DNA from: Deltaproteobacteria bacterium
GTDB taxonomy: Bacteria > Desulfobacterota > GWC2-55-46
Assembly (NCBI GenBank): GCA_016219075.1
Contig: JACRCJ010000054.1
Location: 1-40,633, forward strand
Reading direction: 5' to 3'
Length of the DNA: 40,633 nucleotides
Position 1 is the stretch's first letter; the number at the start of each line of letters is the position of its first letter. A program made the translations under genes and the position numbers. Shown here piece by piece: positions 16,446 through 24,560 of this stretch. The notes beneath the pieces were generated by a model. That model saw nothing but the letters and a program-made list of their open reading frames with translations. It did no database searches and was not told the origin of the DNA.

Positions 16446-17867
16446 TTAGAATAAAACCCTGGCTATGTCCATGACCCAGTCCGTAACCGGTCCGGGGTAG
16501 ACGCCCAGAAATATCGTTACCGCGTTTATAAAATAGAGGAGCGCCCGCGTAGTAAGGTCGACCCTGATCGGGTCCGTGTTCTTCGGGGGCCTCAGGTACA
16601 TGCTTTTCACGACCAGCAGGAAGTAGTACATCGCCACAACGGCCATCACGACGCCTATGACCGCCAGGGCCCATAGCCCCTCCTTCACCGCCGCGGCTAT
16701 GATGTAGAACTTGGCGATAAACCCGCCCAGCGGGGGGATCCCGGCTATCGAAAGAAGCCCGATAAAGAGCGTGGCGGCCAAAAGCGGTGAACGCCTGCTC
16801 AGCCCGGCGTACGACTCCACAAGGTCCGAACCCTCTGAGTTGTTGAAGGCCACGATGGCGATGAAGCTGCCGAGTATGGCGAATACATAGGTCAGGAGGT
16901 AGAACATTATCGCGCCGGCTCCGAGCGCCGAGGCGGCCGCCACGGCCATCAGGAGGTACCCGGCCGAGCCTATACCGGCGTAGGCGATAAGTCTTTTTAT
17001 GTCCTTCTGCGGCATGGCCGCGAGGTTTCCGAAGATCAGAGAAGCGCCGGATATTAAGGAGACCAGCATTATCCACTCGGCCTTGATGTGGATAAGGCCG
17101 GTAAAGAGTATCCTCATTATGACAATGAAACCCGCCGCCTTCGAGGACGCGGCAAGAAGGGCCGTCACCGGGGTCGGGGCGCCCTGATAGACGTCCGGGG
17201 CCCATACATGGAACGGAATGGATGAGATCTTGAAGGTGAGCCCTATCACCAGGAGCGTGATGCCGACTATCAGGAAGCCGTTTCCGTCTGCGGTCTTTAA
17301 GGACTGGGCCACTTCCACGAAACCCGTTGCGCCAGAGGCGCCGTAAATGAAGCTTATGCCGTAGACCAGAAAGCCGGAGGCGAGAGCGCCAGTGACAAGG
17401 TACTTAAGCCCGGCCTCGACAGTGAGCGGGTTGTCGTTCGTGAAGGCCGCGAGAACATACAGGCAAACCGCGACGAACTCAAGCGAGACGTAGAAACCCA
17501 CGAAGTCCGTTATCGACGAGAGGAACATCATGCCGGTTATGGCGAAGATGATCAGCACGTAGAACTCACCCCTCCAGTTCCTTATCTTCTCCTCGTACAT
17601 CATGACGAGATACAGAATAAGGACCGTTATGACCAGGAAGAGCCACTTGAAGAATATCGAGACCGTGTCCTGTATAAAGAGCCCCCCGACGGCCTTGCCG
17701 GTCCCGGCGCCGATGAGGGTGTAGCCGGCGATACAGGTCCCGATGATCCCGATCACGCCGGTGACCTTCCTTGAGCCCCTGAACATGAAGAGCTCGAGTA
17801 TAAGAAGGAGGAACGCGGTCCCCAGCATCACGAATTCCGGGGTCATCAGTTGAAGGTTCATTTGCAT
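16446..17867 (-). CDS. nuoN: NADH-quinone oxidoreductase subunit N
   Basis: 473-aa polytopic antiporter-like protein, last gene of the L-M-N trio. Confidence 0.9.
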   Translation of the reverse strand: MQMNLQLMTPEFVMLGTAFLLLILELFMFRGSRKVTGVIGIIGTCIAGYTLIGAGTGKAVGGLFIQDTVSIFFKWLFLVITVLILYLVMMYEEKIRNWRGEFYVLIIFAITGMMFLSSITDFVGFYVSLEFVAVCLYVLAAFTNDNPLTVEAGLKYLVTGALASGFLVYGISFIYGASGATGFVEVAQSLKTADGNGFLIVGITLLVIGLTFKISSIPFHVWAPDVYQGAPTPVTALLAASSKAAGFIVIMRILFTGLIHIKAEWIMLVSLISGASLIFGNLAAMPQKDIKRLIAYAGIGSAGYLLMAVAAASALGAGAIMFYLLTYVFAILGSFIAIVAFNNSEGSDLVESYAGLSRRSPLLAATLFIGLLSIAGIPPLGGFIAKFYIIAAAVKEGLWALAVIGVVMAVVAMYYFLLVVKSMYLRPPKNTDPIRVDLTTRALLYFINAVTIFLGVYPGPVTDWVMDIARVLF

Positions 17868-17908
17868 GCTTAAAAGCCTCTCATAAGCTACGGTTTCGGT
17901 TCTCCGTA

Positions 17909-19405
17909 TTAACCGTGCGGCACGGCGTTGATCTTATCCACAAGCGGCACCACGCCGGTGTTTATTATATCCACCAATATCGCGGGGTAGAAGCCTACAA
18001 CGAAGAGGACCACTATAAGGACCACGAACGGGAGCCTCTCCACGAAGGTGGTGGCGTCCCTGAGGTCGTCCCACCTGTCCTGCGGTTCCCTGAAGAAGAC
18101 GTCCCTCAGGCACCTGAGCATGTAGGTCGCGGTCACGATGATACCGAAGACGGCTATTACGGTCTGGAACGGGTAGTCCTTGAACGCCCCTATAAAGACC
18201 ATGAGCTCGGCCACGAAGTTGGCCAGGCCCGGCAGGCCGCTCGACGCGAAGCCCATTATCGCGAAAGCTATCGCCACGAACGGGAGCTTTTTGGCGAGAC
18301 CCGAAAAATCGTACATCATGCGGGTGTGTGACTGGTCGTATACGAACCCGATAAGAGAGAACGCGAGGGCCGTCATTATACCGTGGGCGAACATGAGGAG
18401 CACCGCTCCGTTGACGCCTATATAGTTGAGGGTCGCAAGACCCAGAAGGACGTAACCCATATGGCTTGAGGAAGAATAGCCGATCATGAACTTCATGTCC
18501 TTCCTGCTCATGGCCACAAGACCGCCGTAGAATATGTTTATGAGGCAGAGTACGGCCACATACGGCATCCAGAACTGGGCCCCTTCGGGGAGCATCCCCA
18601 TCGCGATCCTCAATATACCGTAGGCGCCGAGTTTCATAAGAACGCCGGCATGAAGCATACTGACGGCTGAAGGAGCCGCAGCGTGCCCTATGGGCGACCA
18701 CGAGTGGAACGGGGCCAGAGGGACCAGGACGCCGAAACCGAACAGGAGCGGCAGGAAGACTTTTATCTGGTAGCCCTTCTCGAGCGTGAGCTTGCTGATG
18801 GCCAGCATGTCGAATGTATACACGCCCGACTGCGCGCCGGCTACGAAGTAGAGCGAAAGGATGCCCAGGAGAGCGAATACCGCGCCGAAGCTCAGGTAAA
18901 GCGTCAGCTTCATGGTGGCGTACTCCCTGTTGGCACTGCCCCATATGCCTATGAGCGGATACATCGGGATGACCGCGAGCTCATAGAAAAGGTAGAAGAA
19001 CAGCAGGTCAAGCGAGGCAAATACGCCGAAGACGCCCGCAACGAGCAGGAGAAGGAATATGTAGTGCTCCCTCACCCTCTGCTTGACTCCGACCCATGAG
19101 ACGAAGACACCCGTAAAGATAACGAACGCGGTAAGGACGATCATGGCTATGCTTATCCCGTCGACCCCCACATGGTATGAAATGCCCAGCGACTTGACCC
19201 ACTCTATCCGTTCTACGAACTGGTAGCCTCCCTTTCCCTTGTCGTAGGCCCAGAGCATGTACAACGAGAGTGCCAGGCAGAACGACGTGGTCGCCACTGA
19301 TATCGCCCGCACAAGCCAGAGCATCTCGTCCTTCAGGAAAAGCAGGATGATGACAGCCGCGAGCGGCGCCGCGATTATGGCTGATATTACCGGGAAACCT
19401 TCCAC
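17909..19405 (-). CDS. nuoM: NADH-quinone oxidoreductase subunit M
   Basis: 498-aa antiporter-like membrane protein between nuoL and nuoN. Confidence 0.9.
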   Translation of the reverse strand: MEGFPVISAIIAAPLAAVIILLFLKDEMLWLVRAISVATTSFCLALSLYMLWAYDKGKGGYQFVERIEWVKSLGISYHVGVDGISIAMIVLTAFVIFTGVFVSWVGVKQRVREHYIFLLLLVAGVFGVFASLDLLFFYLFYELAVIPMYPLIGIWGSANREYATMKLTLYLSFGAVFALLGILSLYFVAGAQSGVYTFDMLAISKLTLEKGYQIKVFLPLLFGFGVLVPLAPFHSWSPIGHAAAPSAVSMLHAGVLMKLGAYGILRIAMGMLPEGAQFWMPYVAVLCLINIFYGGLVAMSRKDMKFMIGYSSSSHMGYVLLGLATLNYIGVNGAVLLMFAHGIMTALAFSLIGFVYDQSHTRMMYDFSGLAKKLPFVAIAFAIMGFASSGLPGLANFVAELMVFIGAFKDYPFQTVIAVFGIIVTATYMLRCLRDVFFREPQDRWDDLRDATTFVERLPFVVLIVVLFVVGFYPAILVDIINTGVVPLVDKINAVPHG

Positions 19406-19418
19406 TTGCTACCTCTTT

Positions 19419-21302
19419 TTAGAATATGGCTGCAAAGATTATCATCAGCACAAGCACCCCGCCGACCATGACGAACGCGTAGTTCTGGAGCTGGCCCGTC
19501 GTGGTGAGTCGTAATCCCTTGCCTGTCTGCCTGGTGAAATACGCCATTCCGTTTATGACGAAGTTGATGATTATATTCACTTCGATATAGTTCAATATTC
19601 TTGCCATGCCGTTATACAGCCACCCTACCAGGTAGGTGTCGTATATATGGTCTATGTAGAACCTGTTCTCAAGTAACTTATAGGTGAACGGCAGGGCCTC
19701 TTCCATCACGTCGGACTTCATGCCCTTCCTCGAGTATATGGTCCAGCCCAGGACCAGGCCGCCGAGGACGACTACCGTCGACAACGAGGCGACCATGAAG
19801 TTGAAGCGGTGCTCGGCGTGAACGCCGCGGCCGCCGTGTTCCAGGAGCCCGGAAGCCGCCGTGTGAATAAACGAGCCGAAGTTGGGCTCAAGGCCCGGAA
19901 AACCCGCGAAACCGGCTATGACGGCGAAGACCGCGAGGATCATGAGCGGGACCGTCATGACATAAGGGGATTCGTGCGGATGCCCGTGGTACTTCTTCTC
20001 GCCGAAGAAGGTGACCGCGACCAGCTTCGACATGAAAACGGCCGTTATGAAGGCCGTCAGCACGCCCATCGCGAAGAGGAAGTAGTTGCCAGACTCGAAG
20101 GTGGCCGACAGTATCTCGTCCTTTGACCAGAAACCGCTGAAAGGGAACATGCCGACCATCGCGAGGCTCCCCAGTATGAAAGTCACGGCGGTCGCCTTCA
20201 TCTTCGGGTACAACCGCCCCATCTCCCATATATCGTTGGAGTGGCAGGCGTGTATGACGCTGCCGGCGCCGAGGAAGAGAAGCGCCTTGAAGAACGCGTG
20301 CGTGGCGAGGTAGAACATGCCGGCCCCGGTCCCGCCAACACCTATGGCGAGCACCATGTAGCCGAGAGAACTCAGAGTCGAGAACGCTATGATGCGTTTA
20401 ATGTCTTTCTGGCCGAGCGCCATGAGGGCAGCCATGAGGGCCGTAAAGCCGCCGATGTAAGCGACCACGACCATCGCGTCGGGGGCGGCGGCGTAGAGAA
20501 ACGAAGTCCTTGCGAGCATGTAGACGCCGGCCGCGACCATCGTTGCGGCGTGTATAAGGGCCGAGACCGGGGTCGGGCCCTCCATCGCGTCCGGGAGCCA
20601 TACATGCAGAGGGAACTGGGCTGATTTACCGACGGCGCCGCAGAATATAAGGAGCGCCGCGAGCGTAAGCGTGCCAGAGGAGACATGGCCGGCCGCTATA
20701 TGCTGCTCGATCTCTATGAAGTTAAAGGTGCCCGTGGCGTAGAATATGACGAATATGCCGAGGATAAAGCCGAAGTCCCCGATGCGGTTTACGAGGAACG
20801 CCTTCTTGGCGGCGTCGGCGGCCGACGGTTTTTCGTAGTAGTAGCCGATCAACAGGTACGAAGCCAGACCGACAAGCTCCCAGAAGATGTATATCATTAT
20901 GAGGTTGTTCGATAGGACGATGCCCAGCATCGCGAAGATAAAGAGCGAGAGGCACGCGAAGAACCTGGAGTACCCCGGGTCCCCGTGCATGTATCCCCTT
21001 GAGTAAATATGTATGAGCGAGCCTACGAAGGTCACTATGAAGAGCATTATTATGCTCAGAGGGTCGATAAGCGTGCCCATCTCGACCTTGAGGCCGGGGA
21101 TGTCTATCCATGTGAAGGCCTGCTCTATCGGGTGCATGTTCGGGTCACCCGGCAGCTTCAGGACATAGGGGAGCACTATGAAAAAGCCCGTGATGACCGC
21201 CCCTATGGAGACATAAGAGCTGAGCTCCTCATTTTTCCGCGCGACAAGCGCGATAAAGACGCTTACGACCAGCGGTATGATTAGCAGTGCCCAGATATCC
21301 AT
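19419..21302 (-). CDS. nuoL: NADH-quinone oxidoreductase subunit L
   Basis: 627-aa antiporter-like protein with a C-terminal extension. Its start overlaps the nuoK stop (TGATG). Confidence 0.92.
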   Translation of the reverse strand: MDIWALLIIPLVVSVFIALVARKNEELSSYVSIGAVITGFFIVLPYVLKLPGDPNMHPIEQAFTWIDIPGLKVEMGTLIDPLSIIMLFIVTFVGSLIHIYSRGYMHGDPGYSRFFACLSLFIFAMLGIVLSNNLIMIYIFWELVGLASYLLIGYYYEKPSAADAAKKAFLVNRIGDFGFILGIFVIFYATGTFNFIEIEQHIAAGHVSSGTLTLAALLIFCGAVGKSAQFPLHVWLPDAMEGPTPVSALIHAATMVAAGVYMLARTSFLYAAAPDAMVVVAYIGGFTALMAALMALGQKDIKRIIAFSTLSSLGYMVLAIGVGGTGAGMFYLATHAFFKALLFLGAGSVIHACHSNDIWEMGRLYPKMKATAVTFILGSLAMVGMFPFSGFWSKDEILSATFESGNYFLFAMGVLTAFITAVFMSKLVAVTFFGEKKYHGHPHESPYVMTVPLMILAVFAVIAGFAGFPGLEPNFGSFIHTAASGLLEHGGRGVHAEHRFNFMVASLSTVVVLGGLVLGWTIYSRKGMKSDVMEEALPFTYKLLENRFYIDHIYDTYLVGWLYNGMARILNYIEVNIIINFVINGMAYFTRQTGKGLRLTTTGQLQNYAFVMVGGVLVLMIIFAAIF

Positions 21303-21604
21303 CAGTACCTCATCTCATCGAGATCTTCGACATTTACGGTCTTCCTGGTCCTGTAGACACTGACCAGTATTGCCAGCCCGATCGCCACCTCAGCGGCGGC
21401 TACGGTTATGTTAAAGACTACAAAGATCGTGCCGTTCAGCGACTGCAGGTAATACGAGAAGGCCGCGAGGCTTATGTTCACGGAATTGAATATCAGCTCC
21501 AGGGACATGAGCACGATGATGATGTTGCGACGGAGCAGCACCCCGGCCACGCCTATGGAGAAGAGTATGAAGCTTAGTATGAGGTAATGGGATATAGTCA
21601 GCAT
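21302..21604 (-). CDS. nuoK: NADH-quinone oxidoreductase subunit K
   Basis: 100 aa, three-TM protein in the canonical operon position. Confidence 0.9.
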   Translation of the reverse strand: MLTISHYLILSFILFSIGVAGVLLRRNIIIVLMSLELIFNSVNISLAAFSYYLQSLNGTIFVVFNITVAAAEVAIGLAILVSVYRTRKTVNVEDLDEMRY

Positions 21605-21622
21605 GTCCTTGAATTTGCCGCC

Positions 21623-21700
21623 GTTTATTTATTTTTTTAACGGTCCTGTCGCCCGCGGTGCGCTCTTTCGCCTCCGCGTTCCGTCACGCTCTGAAAGCCC
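21623..21700 (-). repeat. Possible split/degenerate copy of the dispersed repeat in the nuoJ-nuoK gap
   Basis: In gene orientation: GGGCTTTCAGAGCGT … 40 nt … CCGTTAAAAAAATAAATAAAC. Only the flanks resemble the family. Confidence 0.25.
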
Positions 21701-21708
21701 GGTCCCGC

Positions 21709-22242
21709 TTATGACCCCACGCCGTTATTCTTCCTGGGCCTGGTCTTATCCTTCATCACAAGCACTATCGCTCCGACAAGGGCTACAAGCAGCAGGAGAG
21801 AGACGACCTCGAACGGGAATATGTACTGCGTGAAAAGGGCCTTTCCGATAACCTCGGTGTTCTTCGCGAGAACGGCCTCGTTGTAAATCCCGAGTTCTGC
21901 CGAGAGCTTGCCCCCTTTTACCAGGTAGCCCAACACCAGCAGTAGCGCTATTATCACCCCGACCGCCGGCAGCCACTGGCTGTGGATATAATCCTTTGTC
22001 TTTTCCCTGCCTATGTCGAGCACCATCACGGCAAAGAGGAACAAGACCATGACGGCGCCGACATATATAAAGACCTGTACGGCGGCGAGAAACGGCGACC
22101 TCAGGAGTATAAAGATCGCGGCGACCTGAAGCAGGCAGATGATCAGGTAAAAGGCGCTGTGTACCGCGTTCCTTACGGAGACGACCAGGACCGCAGAGAC
22201 TATGGCCACCAGTGCGAATATGTAAAAGAATAACTGTTCCAT
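21709..22242 (-). CDS. nuoJ: NADH-quinone oxidoreductase subunit J
   Basis: 177-aa membrane protein in the operon position between nuoI and nuoK. Confidence 0.88.
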   Translation of the reverse strand: MEQLFFYIFALVAIVSAVLVVSVRNAVHSAFYLIICLLQVAAIFILLRSPFLAAVQVFIYVGAVMVLFLFAVMVLDIGREKTKDYIHSQWLPAVGVIIALLLVLGYLVKGGKLSAELGIYNEAVLAKNTEVIGKALFTQYIFPFEVVSLLLLVALVGAIVLVMKDKTRPRKNNGVGS

Positions 22243-22296
22243 CCTTGATTTCCCCGGGCGTCTTTTAACGCGCCCTGACTCCCGAACTTAGTATTT

Positions 22297-22872
22297 TTAC
22301 CAGGCCCTCTTTTTCGTGACCTTCAGGTCAGCCGTTACCTTTATGCCTGAAAGGGGCCGCTCAAACTTCGCCTTGGCCACGATCCCGCCTTCGATGCTTT
22401 CGGGGACCGGCTGCGGCATCAGGAGGTCCTCTCTGTTCCTCACAGTGCACCTGAAGTCGCTGCAGGCAAGCTCGTATTCCCTGCCGAGCCGCACGGCCCT
22501 TGTCGGGCAGGCGTCCTCGCAGTACCCGCAGAACAGGCACCTCACGAGGTTTACTCTCCAGACCTTGGCTACCCTGTCGGCGATGCCTCTGCCGGTGTCG
22601 TCCTCCATCGGGACTACCGTTATGCACGATGTCGGACAGGCCTTTACGCACAGCTCGCACGCGACACAGAGCTCCCTGCCGTTTTCGTCCCTGTTAAGGG
22701 TGTGAACTCCCCTGAAACGCCTGTACGGGATCCACTTCTCATCGTCCGGGTACCTGTGAGTAATGCTCTTGGAAATATTGTACCCGAGCGTGACCTTCAG
22801 GCCCTTTACGAAGTCGGTAAACAGGACCTTCTTTATGAGGTCCAATATGTCTATGCCCTTTTTATCGCTCAT
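22297..22872 (-). CDS. nuoI: NADH-quinone oxidoreductase subunit I (2x[4Fe-4S])
   Basis: Two ferredoxin motifs, CVACELCVKACP and CLFCGYCEDACP. Confidence 0.93.
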   Translation of the reverse strand: MSDKKGIDILDLIKKVLFTDFVKGLKVTLGYNISKSITHRYPDDEKWIPYRRFRGVHTLNRDENGRELCVACELCVKACPTSCITVVPMEDDTGRGIADRVAKVWRVNLVRCLFCGYCEDACPTRAVRLGREYELACSDFRCTVRNREDLLMPQPVPESIEGGIVAKAKFERPLSGIKVTADLKVTKKRAW

Positions 22873-23903
22873 ATCCGCATAAATCCTGTGATAAGTATGG
22901 TCACCAGCGATACCGGGATCAGGATCTTCCAGCCTATGGTCATAAGCTGGTCATACCTGTACCTGGGAAGAGTGAACCTGACCCACATGAAGAAGTATAT
23001 GAAGAAGGCCACCTTCGCTACAAACCAGAAGATCGGAGGGATCGGGATCGGAAGAGGGACCGGAGAGTTCCATCCGCCGAAAAAGAGTATTACTGTGAGC
23101 ACCGATACCGAGACCATCGCCACATACTCGGCGAGCATGAAAAGGGCGAACTTCATGCCGCTGTACTCGGTATGGAAGCCGGCTCCGAGAGTTCCTTCGT
23201 CTTCAGGCAGGTCAAAGGGTATGCGGTTTATCTCGGCCAGAGAGCCGATGATGAATATGGCGCACCAGACGGGGCCGACCGGGAGGTAGAAGAAGTTCCA
23301 CTGCAGCAGGCTTCCGCCCTGGCTCCTGACTATGTCCACCAGGCTCAGTGAGTTTGAGAGCATCACGACGCCTATGACGGCGAAGCTGATGGAGATCTCG
23401 TAGCTTATCATCTGTGCCGAAGACCTCAGGCCCCCTATGAGCGAGTACTTGCTGTTGGAGGCCCAGCCGCCGAGTATTATTCCGTAGACGCCGAGCCCGG
23501 AGATCGCGAGTATGTAGAGTATCCCGACGTTCATGTCCGAGATGTAGAGCGAGACCTCCTTGTTTATCACCGGGATCACGATGTTTTCGCCGAACGGGAT
23601 GGCCACAAAGACGGCGAACGCCGGGACCATCGCAAGAAGCGGCGCTATCGTGAAGAGGAACTTATCCGCCCTGTCCGGGACGATGTCCTCTTTCATCAGT
23701 AGCTTTATCATGTCGGCGAAAGGCTGCAGGAGGCCGTGAGGACCGACCCTCCAGGGACCGAGCCTTACCTGGATGTGTCCGGCGACCTTCCTCTCAAGCC
23801 ATGTAAGCGGCAGCGGGAGACCGAAGAGGATCATGGTCACCACCACCACTTTGACGGCTATCAGGACTACTTCCAATATGGTTGAGATGTCTGGTATCAT
23901 CAT
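22869..23903 (-). CDS. nuoH: NADH-quinone oxidoreductase subunit H
   Basis: 344 aa containing …ERKVAGHIQVRLGPWRVGPHGLLQPFADMIKL…. Confidence 0.93.
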   Translation of the reverse strand: MMIPDISTILEVVLIAVKVVVVTMILFGLPLPLTWLERKVAGHIQVRLGPWRVGPHGLLQPFADMIKLLMKEDIVPDRADKFLFTIAPLLAMVPAFAVFVAIPFGENIVIPVINKEVSLYISDMNVGILYILAISGLGVYGIILGGWASNSKYSLIGGLRSSAQMISYEISISFAVIGVVMLSNSLSLVDIVRSQGGSLLQWNFFYLPVGPVWCAIFIIGSLAEINRIPFDLPEDEGTLGAGFHTEYSGMKFALFMLAEYVAMVSVSVLTVILFFGGWNSPVPLPIPIPPIFWFVAKVAFFIYFFMWVRFTLPRYRYDQLMTIGWKILIPVSLVTILITGFMRI

Positions 23904-23937
23904 TTATAAGTTTTGAAGCTTTTTTTTCGTTACGCGG

Positions 23938-24024
23938 CCTGACTGAGTGTTGCCCGACCTGACCCCGCCTGATTTAACCTTGCCCGCTTAATTTAACCTT
24001 GCCCGCCTGATTTAACCCTGCCCG
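23938..24024. repeat. Tandem array of a 19-bp unit (3 near-identical plus ~2 degenerate copies) between the cNMP-binding gene and nuoH
   Basis: cctgatttaaccttgcccg (23968-23986), cttaatttaaccttgcccg (23987-24005) and cctgatttaaccctgcccg (24006-24024). They are preceded by cctgactgagtgttgcccg and the truncated unit acctgaccccg. Confidence 0.85.
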
Positions 24025-24034
24025 GAGGAGCCCT

Positions 24035-24505
24035 CTATCTTTTTCTGCCCCACATGTAGTTTATCATCTCCAGGTACCTTGAATTCATGCCGCGGACGAT
24101 GGAGTGTATGGTAAAGACGATGTTTTTGAGGAGCTTGTAGATGATCCTCGGGTTCCCGTCAACAAGCGTCTCGAAATCCGCCTTCTCTATCATATAGGTC
24201 TCAAGGTCGGATACCGCCACGACCGTGGCGGAGCGGGGCCTTCCGTCAAGAAAACTCATCTCGCCGAATATATCGCCGTCCTTCATGATGGTGAGCGTGA
24301 AGAGCTCGCCGTCCGGGGCGGTCTTGCAGGCCTTTACCTCGCCTCTCCTGATGACATAGATCGAATGGCCGTCCTCGCTCTCCTTGAATATCGTCTCGCC
24401 GAGCTTGAAGTCCTTTTTCTTTACGACGGTCGAAATCGTCTCGACCTCTTTATCCGTGAGGTCGTGAAAGAACGGTGTCTCTCTGAGTAATTTCGGATCT
24501 ACCAT
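24035..24505 (-). CDS. Stand-alone cyclic-nucleotide-binding (CAP effector) domain protein, no DNA-binding domain
   Basis: 156 aa with the phosphate-binding-cassette-like motif …GDIFGEMSFLDGRPRSATVVA… and SD GGAGG. It is embedded between nuoG and nuoH on the same strand. Confidence 0.8.
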   Translation of the reverse strand: MVDPKLLRETPFFHDLTDKEVETISTVVKKKDFKLGETIFKESEDGHSIYVIRRGEVKACKTAPDGELFTLTIMKDGDIFGEMSFLDGRPRSATVVAVSDLETYMIEKADFETLVDGNPRIIYKLLKNIVFTIHSIVRGMNSRYLEMINYMWGRKR

Positions 24506-24560
24506 GGTTTACCTCCGCCTTACGCAGTGCAGGCGCTCTGTGCGAGCGGCGTGTGCCTGC

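Noticed and set aside
16432-21111. Long alternative-frame ORFs inside nuoN/M/L, such as 16432-17205, 17934-18944, 19888-20229, 20387-20686 and 20722-21111, plus many plus-strand ORFs.
   Set aside because: Their products are Arg/Pro/Gly/His-rich and low in complexity. They lie entirely within well-supported membrane-subunit genes, so they are typical shadow frames of GC-rich DNA.
23938-24024. CRISPR array?
   Set aside because: The 19-bp units are directly abutting with no spacers, they are too short, and no cas genes are in the window.
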